DNA from: Sporomusaceae bacterium
GTDB taxonomy: Bacteria; Bacillota; Negativicutes; DSM-13327
Assembly (NCBI GenBank): GCA_027492445.1
Contig: JAPUES010000249.1
Location: forward strand, 1 to 41,342
Direction of reading: 5' to 3'
Length of the DNA stretch: 41,342 nt
The position numbers and the translations under genes are program-made. Positions 35,433 through 41,342 of the stretch are shown in pieces. The notes under the pieces were generated by a model that worked only from the letters and a program-made list of their open reading frames with translations, ran no database searches and was not told the origin of the DNA. The stretch's first letter is position 1. Each line of letters opens with the position of its first letter.

Positions 35433-36245
35433 ATGCTTGCAGATATTATGCTTGGACAATATTTTCCAGGAAGTTCGATTATACATCAATTGGACCCTCG
35501 TACTAAGATTATTAGTACCATACTGTTTATTAGCAGTGTTTTTTTAGCGGAAAGTTATCAGGCTTATGGCGTAGTCGCTGCTTTTATCGCTATGATTTTA
35601 GCTTTGGCGGGAATACCTTTGATTATGATTTTGCGCTCGTTAAAGCCACTCTGGTTTATTATTATCTTGACCTTATTCATTCATATCTTTACCACACCAG
35701 GAACGGTTGTATATAATATTGGGGTATTAACGGTGACCAAAGAGGGCTTACGACAAGGGGCAATGATGTCACTTCGTCTTATCTTCTTAATCATAGTTTC
35801 TTCCGTGCTAACCTTTACTACTTCTCCTGTAACCCTCACAGATGGCATAGAAAGACTACTACGACCATTTAAGAAAATTGGAGTACCTGCCCATGAACTG
35901 GCCATGATGATGACCATTGCTCTGCGTTTTATTCCAACCTTGTTGGAAGAAACGGATCGAATTATGAAAGCGCAAATGGCAAGAGGGGCTGATTTTACAT
36001 CGGGCAATATTATAAGGCGTGCTCGCAATATGATTCCCTTATTAATCCCCTTGTTTATTAGTGCTTTTCGCCGAGCGGATGAGCTCGCAACCGCCATGGA
36101 AGCAAGATGCTATCGCGGTGGAGATTATCGCACTCGCATGAAAGAACTAAAAATTAAAGGGAAAGATTGGCTAGCATATGGCGTACTATTAGTATTTATA
36201 GGAGCGTTGATTGTAGTACGCTTAATCGAAAATAAAACTTTTTAG
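35433..36245 (+). CDS. ecfT: ECF transporter T component
   Basis: LDPRTK, IALRFIP, AQMARG and MEARCY (ARG motifs). Confidence 0.96.
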   Translation: MLADIMLGQYFPGSSIIHQLDPRTKIISTILFISSVFLAESYQAYGVVAAFIAMILALAGIPLIMILRSLKPLWFIIILTLFIHIFTTPGTVVYNIGVLTVTKEGLRQGAMMSLRLIFLIIVSSVLTFTTSPVTLTDGIERLLRPFKKIGVPAHELAMMMTIALRFIPTLLEETDRIMKAQMARGADFTSGNIIRRARNMIPLLIPLFISAFRRADELATAMEARCYRGGDYRTRMKELKIKGKDWLAYGVLLVFIGALIVVRLIENKTF

Positions 36246-36264
36246 ATAGACTCAGGAGGTTATT

Positions 36265-38475
36265 ATGACGATGGAACATCCTGATTATGCTGTTGAAAAG
36301 AAGCACCTAGATAGCACAATTGAGGAAATGAAGACAATCATATCTTCTCTCGAAACAGATATTGATAAACGTGGTCAGCAAATACGGCTATCATTAGAAT
36401 ATAAGGATCAAGTCAGTTCTTATGTACATTCCATGATGAAAAATGATAATATTGAAAAAATCTTTGATATTGAGGGTGCGATAGACAATCCCTACTTTGG
36501 TAGGGTGGACTTTCGTGAAGATGATACGGAAGGCTATGAAAAATTTTATATCGGGCGAGTTAAAATTAATAGATTAGAGATTACAGGCGTAGAGGATATT
36601 CTAGTCTTTGATTGGCGTGATCCGGTGGCGACAATCTTTTATGAGTGTCAAGATGGACGGGCTAGTTATGATGTCCTCGGCCGTTATTACTATCATGGTG
36701 ATGTTAATTTAAAAAGACAATATAAAATTAGTAAGGGAATATTGGAAAAAATATCCGATGATTATATTATCGATCAACTGCTAGCAAGGCAAAAAGAAAA
36801 GCTTATTGCCGATCCCTTTCTCACAGAACGACTGCTGCAGGGAACGGGTAATAAATTAAAAGATATTGTGACGTCCATTCGGGCAGAGCAAAATAAAATC
36901 ATTCGTGAAACTCTGCATCAAGTGATTATTATTCAAGGTGTTGCAGGTTCAGGTAAAAGCACCATTGGCCTTCATCGCCTGTCCTACCTTCTATATAACG
37001 AAAAATTAGACCCACAGAAAATGATGGTCATTGCACCTAATAAAATATTTTTAGATTATATTTGTGAGCTGCTTCCTGAAATCGATGCTGACGATGTGAA
37101 ACAATTCACTTTTTTTGATTTAGTAACTAGGATTACAGAAAGAGAATTTTCTCTTCATAAAGATGAGAAAGCCAACTTATTTCTTGAGTATCAGGAAAAA
37201 GATCTGCGTCGGGAGCAGCTAAGTGCAGTGGACCAATTAAAGGGGTCTTTAGAATTTAGGAAAGTACTAGATGCCTATATCACAAAAAAAATAGAAAAGT
37301 TTTGTCTTAAGCTCAAAGAAATAAAACTTTTTGATGGGCAGCTAGTGATTACGAAAGAACATCAGCTTGAGAAAATCATGGAAAGCCAGCATCACTCTAT
37401 CTCCTATAATGAGCGTATGAAAGCCTTCATAGGATATATTACATTTCGCGTGAGAAACTTTCTAGAAGTCTTAGAAGCAAGGCAAAAGCAGGCAACGGGC
37501 AGTACGGATAAAATTTTTCAGAAATATAGCAGTCAGGCAGCAGAATTTCTAGGACGCTATTTTAAGGAATGGCTTATTAGTGATGTTTTCCTTGCCTATC
37601 AGGAAGTCTTTCGGGATAAAAGTATTTTTAAGAGCATTAAAAATAAAAAGCTAGATTTGCCCTTTATCGCTGCCTACTCTTTAGACATTTTAGACAATGG
37701 CAAGGTAGAAAGAGAAGACCTTGCTCCTCTTTGTTATCTGAAAAATTTACTCGATGGCTTCCACCATATTGAAAAATTTGAACATATCGTAGTCGATGAA
37801 GCCCAAGATTTAAATGCGCTAGAATTTACCGTACTGCGTTTATTATCAAAAAACAGTTCGTTTACCATCATGGGAGATATATCGCAAGGTATTACTGCTT
37901 ATCGCAGTATTGCTAGTTGGCAGGTATTGATGAAAGACATCTTTTTTGATGTTAAATCCATCTACCGGGAAGTAAACTATAGCTATCGCTCTGCCCGGGA
38001 AATTGTAGAATGTTTTAATAAAGTAATGCCGAGGGAACATTCACGAGCCATTCCAGTGTATGAAATTGGTCATAAGCCCATCATACAGCAGGTTATGAAT
38101 AGCTTAGAAGGGCTCTTAGCCATCGTCGAAGTTATTAAAAAGTTTGAAAGTCAAGAATGTAGATCCATTGGTATTATTACAAAGCTTCCTAAAGAAAGCC
38201 TTATGATTTATAACGCCTTACACCAGCAGTCCTTTTCCATTGGCAAGATAAATTTGATTACGGAAGAAACCATTACTTATAAAGGTGGTATTTCCGTACT
38301 GCCCATAACACTTGCCAAAGGGTTAGAATTTGATGGGGTTATTATTTGGAATGCCTCTGATAAGGATTTCAAAAACAACAATTTTGATGCCAAATTATTA
38401 TATGTGGCCTTATCTAGAGCCCTATATTATTTACATATACTACATCGTGGCAATGTCACGCCACTTTTGAGGTGA
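36265..38475 (+). CDS. helD: HelD-family SF1 helicase-like ATPase (RNA polymerase recycling motor)
   Basis: PYFGRVDF, FYIGR, DWRDPVA, LKDIVTSIRAEQNKIIR, GVAGSGKST, DEAQD, GDISQ, YRS, KGLEFD, LYVALSRA; AGGAGGT RBS. Confidence 0.85.
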   Translation: MTMEHPDYAVEKKHLDSTIEEMKTIISSLETDIDKRGQQIRLSLEYKDQVSSYVHSMMKNDNIEKIFDIEGAIDNPYFGRVDFREDDTEGYEKFYIGRVKINRLEITGVEDILVFDWRDPVATIFYECQDGRASYDVLGRYYYHGDVNLKRQYKISKGILEKISDDYIIDQLLARQKEKLIADPFLTERLLQGTGNKLKDIVTSIRAEQNKIIRETLHQVIIIQGVAGSGKSTIGLHRLSYLLYNEKLDPQKMMVIAPNKIFLDYICELLPEIDADDVKQFTFFDLVTRITEREFSLHKDEKANLFLEYQEKDLRREQLSAVDQLKGSLEFRKVLDAYITKKIEKFCLKLKEIKLFDGQLVITKEHQLEKIMESQHHSISYNERMKAFIGYITFRVRNFLEVLEARQKQATGSTDKIFQKYSSQAAEFLGRYFKEWLISDVFLAYQEVFRDKSIFKSIKNKKLDLPFIAAYSLDILDNGKVEREDLAPLCYLKNLLDGFHHIEKFEHIVVDEAQDLNALEFTVLRLLSKNSSFTIMGDISQGITAYRSIASWQVLMKDIFFDVKSIYREVNYSYRSAREIVECFNKVMPREHSRAIPVYEIGHKPIIQQVMNSLEGLLAIVEVIKKFESQECRSIGIITKLPKESLMIYNALHQQSFSIGKINLITEETITYKGGISVLPITLAKGLEFDGVIIWNASDKDFKNNNFDAKLLYVALSRALYYLHILHRGNVTPLLR

Positions 38476-38480
38476 AGCAC

Positions 38481-39215
38481 ATGCGTAATATTAAGTTGAC
38501 CGTTGCCTATGAAGGAACGGCCTATAATGGCTTTCAGCGGCAAATGAATGGCATTGGGATACAAGAAATCTTAGAGGTAAAGCTAGCAAAGGTATTTGGT
38601 CATCCTTTAAAAATGTATGGGGCAGGACGAACGGATGCAGGCGTACATGCCTATGGACAAGTGGTAAATTTTAAAACCACTGGCACAATACCTGTAGAGC
38701 GAATCCCTGCAGCCTCTAGGTGCTTGTTGCCCCATGATATTGTTGTTACCAAAGCGGAAGAAGTCAGTGACGAATTCCATGCACAATTTGCGGCAAAGAG
38801 TAAAATCTATATCTATAAATTATATCTACAAAAAACGCCAAACCCATTCTTACGAAATTATGCCTGGCATATTGTGAAGGAGTTAGATGTAAAAGCTCTA
38901 CAAGAAGCAGCGCAGATGATTGTAGGCACACATGACTTTTCGGCTTTTCGTGCCGCTGGGGGAGCTGCTATGAACCCTGTACGCACCATTATGTCTGTAG
39001 ATTGTCAGTCTGCTGATGATATATTGGAGATTTCCTATTGGGGAACAGGTTTTTTATATCATATGGTGAGAAACTTAACAGGTACATTACTGGAAGTAGG
39101 GATTGGTCGCCGCAGTAGTAAAGATTTTAAAACCATCCTAGAAGGGCGAGACCGGGCGAAAGCTGGGATTACCGCACCAGCCCATGGATTATATCTTGCA
39201 GAAGTAAAATATTAA
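38481..39215 (+). CDS. truA: tRNA pseudouridine(38-40) synthase
   Basis: GAGRTDAGVHA, GTHDFSAF, FLYHMVR, GLYL; ATG 38481 with GAGGTG RBS overlapping the helD stop. Confidence 0.98.
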   Translation: MRNIKLTVAYEGTAYNGFQRQMNGIGIQEILEVKLAKVFGHPLKMYGAGRTDAGVHAYGQVVNFKTTGTIPVERIPAASRCLLPHDIVVTKAEEVSDEFHAQFAAKSKIYIYKLYLQKTPNPFLRNYAWHIVKELDVKALQEAAQMIVGTHDFSAFRAAGGAAMNPVRTIMSVDCQSADDILEISYWGTGFLYHMVRNLTGTLLEVGIGRRSSKDFKTILEGRDRAKAGITAPAHGLYLAEVKY

Positions 39216-39270
39216 AGCAGGTAGATTTTCCAATTATACAAAAAAAAACAAGTTTCTCTGTCAATACTTC

Positions 39271-39299
39271 TTGACATTGACAAGCTAATTTAATACAAT
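39271..39299 (+). promoter_or_regulatory. sigma-A promoter of rplM-rpsI
   Basis: TTGACA-17 bp-TACAAT. Confidence 0.85.
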
Positions 39300-39304
39300 G
39301 TTTC

Positions 39305-39350
39305 TATGAGATTTATGCCATGACTTCCGTTAGCCCCGGAATCTCAAGGA
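39305..39350 (+). promoter_or_regulatory. L13 leader
   Basis: TTCCG-TTAGCCC-CGGAA hairpin carrying the AGCCCCGGAA signature upstream of rplM; boundaries approximate. Confidence 0.65.
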
Positions 39351-39395
39351 TACAAAATCAATTTTTCTGTAATGTTGTGACAAGGAGGTAAACGC

Positions 39396-39833
39396 ATGAA
39401 ATCATTTATGGCAAATGCTGCCACAGTAGAACGTAAGTGGTATGTTGTAGATGCAGAAGGTAAAACTTTAGGTAGATTAGCTGCTGAAGTAGCAAAAGTA
39501 CTTCGTGGCAAGAATAAACCGACTTTTACTCCGCATGTTGATACAGGTGATCATGTTATCGTTATCAATGCTGCTAAAGTAGCATTAACTGGTAAAAAAT
39601 TAGTACAAAAAACTTATTTCCGTCATTCTGGTTATCCAGGTGGAACTACATTTACTCCTGCGGGACAAATGTTAGAAAACAAACCGGAAAGAGTTATTGA
39701 ACTAGCTGTTCGAGGTATGTTACCAAAGAATAGCCTAGGTCGCCAAATGTATCGCAAACTACAAGTGTATCGTGGTGCTGAGCATCCACATGCTGCACAA
39801 TTACCTGAAGTATTAGAAATTAACGTAAGATAA
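39396..39833 (+). CDS. rplM: 50S ribosomal protein L13
   Basis: [21 protein letters not shown]. Confidence 0.99.
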   Translation: MKSFMANAATVERKWYVVDAEGKTLGRLAAEVAKVLRGKNKPTFTPHVDTGDHVIVINAAKVALTGKKLVQKTYFRHSGYPGGTTFTPAGQMLENKPERVIELAVRGMLPKNSLGRQMYRKLQVYRGAEHPHAAQLPEVLEINVR

Positions 39834-39854
39834 TCCGGAAAGGAGGAACATATT

Positions 39855-40247
39855 ATGGCATTGGTTAGTTACTACGGTACAGGCCGCAGAAAAACCTCGG
39901 TTGCCAGAGTTCGTCTGGTTCCGGGTGAAGGCAATGTTCTTGTCAACGGCCGTTCTTTACCAGAATATTTTGGCCGCAAAACATTAGAACTTATTGTGAA
40001 ACAACCCCTTAATTTGACAGAAACTCTTGGCAAATACGATGTGTTGATTAAAGTGGAGGGCGGCGGTCCTTCAGGTCAAGCTGGCGCAGTTCGTCACGGT
40101 ATTTCTCGTGCACTACTTCTTGTAGATGCTGAGTACCGTCCGTCTTTGAAAAAAGCTGGATTCCTTACTCGCGATCCTAGAGAAAAAGAGCGTCGTAAAT
40201 ACGGTCTTAAAAAAGCGCGTAAAGCTTCTCAGTTCTCAAAGCGTTAA
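39855..40247 (+). CDS. rpsI: 30S ribosomal protein S9
   Basis: [21 protein letters not shown]. Confidence 0.99.
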   Translation: MALVSYYGTGRRKTSVARVRLVPGEGNVLVNGRSLPEYFGRKTLELIVKQPLNLTETLGKYDVLIKVEGGGPSGQAGAVRHGISRALLLVDAEYRPSLKKAGFLTRDPREKERRKYGLKKARKASQFSKR

Positions 40248-40260
40248 TATTACATCATAC

Positions 40261-40295
40261 AAAATCCAGAAAGAATTTTTCTTTCTGGATTTTTT
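40261..40295 (+). terminator. Terminator after rpsI
   Basis: AAAATCCAGAAAGAA-TTT-TTCTTTCTGGATTTT plus T. Confidence 0.9.
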
Positions 40296-40395
40296 ATACC
40301 TTTTAAATTATACTTTATTGCCTTTGGTAGCAGGAATAATAGAGAAAATGTATAATTATAAATAGAGAAAAATAAAGAATGGAAGGGGTTTATTT

Positions 40396-41058
40396 ATGAG
40401 AAAATTGGTAGCTATGCTCGTATTTTCCTTACTAATCGTTATTTCCAGTGTGGCTTTTGCTAATTTAAGAGAAAATAAAGAAAATATGCAAGCCCAATAT
40501 GGAGAATACCGCTTGGTAATTGATACGGATAATCAGTTGTGGACAAGAGCCGATTGGGAAGAAAAAGGCTATAAAAAAGCTAAGGCAAATGCTTTTATGC
40601 ATTCCTTCAGTCGACAAGGTGTACATATGCAAATGGAAGTTATGTATGATGGTACGAAACCAGACTCCTTAGTGCAATCACAACGATTTACACCTGATAT
40701 GGCAATTAAAGTAAAAGATTTTAAGCTTTATTTCCCTGAGGTATACGAACTCATGAAAGCACCAAAGGCTCAATTTTTTGCTTCAAAGAAATCCATAACG
40801 AAAAATTTCCAAGAACATGAATCTCCTGTATCTATGGGGATGATTAATAAAGAATTAATCAAACAAAAAGGTAACTTTTACTATGAAGTGCTAGCCTTTA
40901 ATATTCAAGATGAGGGACGCTTGATTAAGGAAATCGAATTCATCAATGAAGATACATACATTAAAGAATTCACAATTGAACGTCATTATCGTACTGGGGT
41001 AAATGATGCAATGAATTCAAGTAATCCAGATTGGAAAATTATAAAAAATTATTTTTAA
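40396..41058 (+). CDS. Hypothetical exported protein (Sec signal peptide)
   Basis: MRK + hydrophobic core + AFA cleavage site; GGAAGGGG RBS; own terminator. Confidence 0.8.
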   Translation: MRKLVAMLVFSLLIVISSVAFANLRENKENMQAQYGEYRLVIDTDNQLWTRADWEEKGYKKAKANAFMHSFSRQGVHMQMEVMYDGTKPDSLVQSQRFTPDMAIKVKDFKLYFPEVYELMKAPKAQFFASKKSITKNFQEHESPVSMGMINKELIKQKGNFYYEVLAFNIQDEGRLIKEIEFINEDTYIKEFTIERHYRTGVNDAMNSSNPDWKIIKNYF

Positions 41059-41061
41059 AGT

Positions 41062-41090
41062 AAAAAGAGGCCAAACGGCCTCTTTTTTTT
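41062..41090 (+). terminator. Terminator (potentially bidirectional)
   Basis: AAAAAGAGGCC-AAAC-GGCCTCTTTTTTTT. Confidence 0.9.
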
Positions 41091-41139
41091 ATTATATATA
41101 AAAGTATAAGTTTATAGAATGTCTTATTTCTTTTTGAGC

Positions 41140-41211
41140 GGGCCAGGTTCATGTTATTAACGCTCCACCATTAGCATTTGACTTCCGCTTATAATAACAT
41201 GAACCCGTCCC
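41140..41211. repeat. Inverted-repeat element (REPIN/MITE-like)
   Basis: 20-bp arms GGGCCAGGTTCATGTTATTA / TAATAACATGAACCCGTCCC, 18/20 complementary, 32-nt spacer. Confidence 0.65.
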
Positions 41212-41241
41212 TTGGGCTTTATAAAGGACGCGTAGCGTTTT

Positions 41242-41342
41242 TTAATGTGCCAAGATAATTGGCACTAATTTTGTTTCTTCTGCTAACTGGGGGCCAATAA
41301 AGCCTTGCTTAGACATTACGGATAATACAATTGCTTGCCTTT
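41242..41342 (-). CDS. 3' end of a probable peptidoglycan transglycosylase (GT51)-domain protein, partial
   Basis: Hand translation ...RQAIVLSVMSKQGFIGPQLAEETKLVPIILAH*; resembles the R..VL..M...G(Y/F)I end of GT51 domains; only 32 codons visible. Confidence 0.5.
   Translation of the reverse strand, partial: RQAIVLSVMSKQGFIGPQLAEETKLVPIILAH

Noticed and set aside
40328..40356. sigma-H-like promoter (GCAGGA...) before the exported protein
   Set aside because: The -10 position reads TAAT rather than GAAT and the sigma-A -35 is poor; cannot assign

Overview
Core housekeeping region of a low-GC Firmicute. The r-protein sequences, C+ zinc-binding r-proteins, rpsD inside the alpha cluster and the RNAP inserts point to Negativicutes/Sporomusaceae (Pelosinus-like); this placement is inference. 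All complete genes are on the + strand. Order: tRNA cluster (fMet-Thr-Met, Thr-Tyr-fMet-Met), rpmG-trnW-secE-nusG-rplK-rplA, rplJ-rplL, rpoB-rpoC, ybxF-rpsL-rpsG-fusA-tuf, the full S10-spc-alpha superoperon, ecfA1-ecfA2-ecfT, truA, rplM-rpsI, a secreted hypothetical protein, and the 3' end of a minus-strand transglycosylase-like gene. Departures from the canonical layout: (1) a 736-aa HelD-like RNAP-recycling ATPase wedged between ecfT and truA; (2) an RNA polymerase with extras, namely a tripled beta/beta-prime module in RpoC plus a 33-aa insert and a 116-aa acidic tail with a Lys patch in RpoB, resembling the delta-subunit CTD that partners HelD in Bacillus; (3) two diverged copies of a ~92-96 bp double-hairpin element, each right after an intrinsic terminator in the rplJ and rpoB leaders; (4) a long rpoB leader with an internal terminator. 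No rRNA, CRISPR array or transposase is visible.
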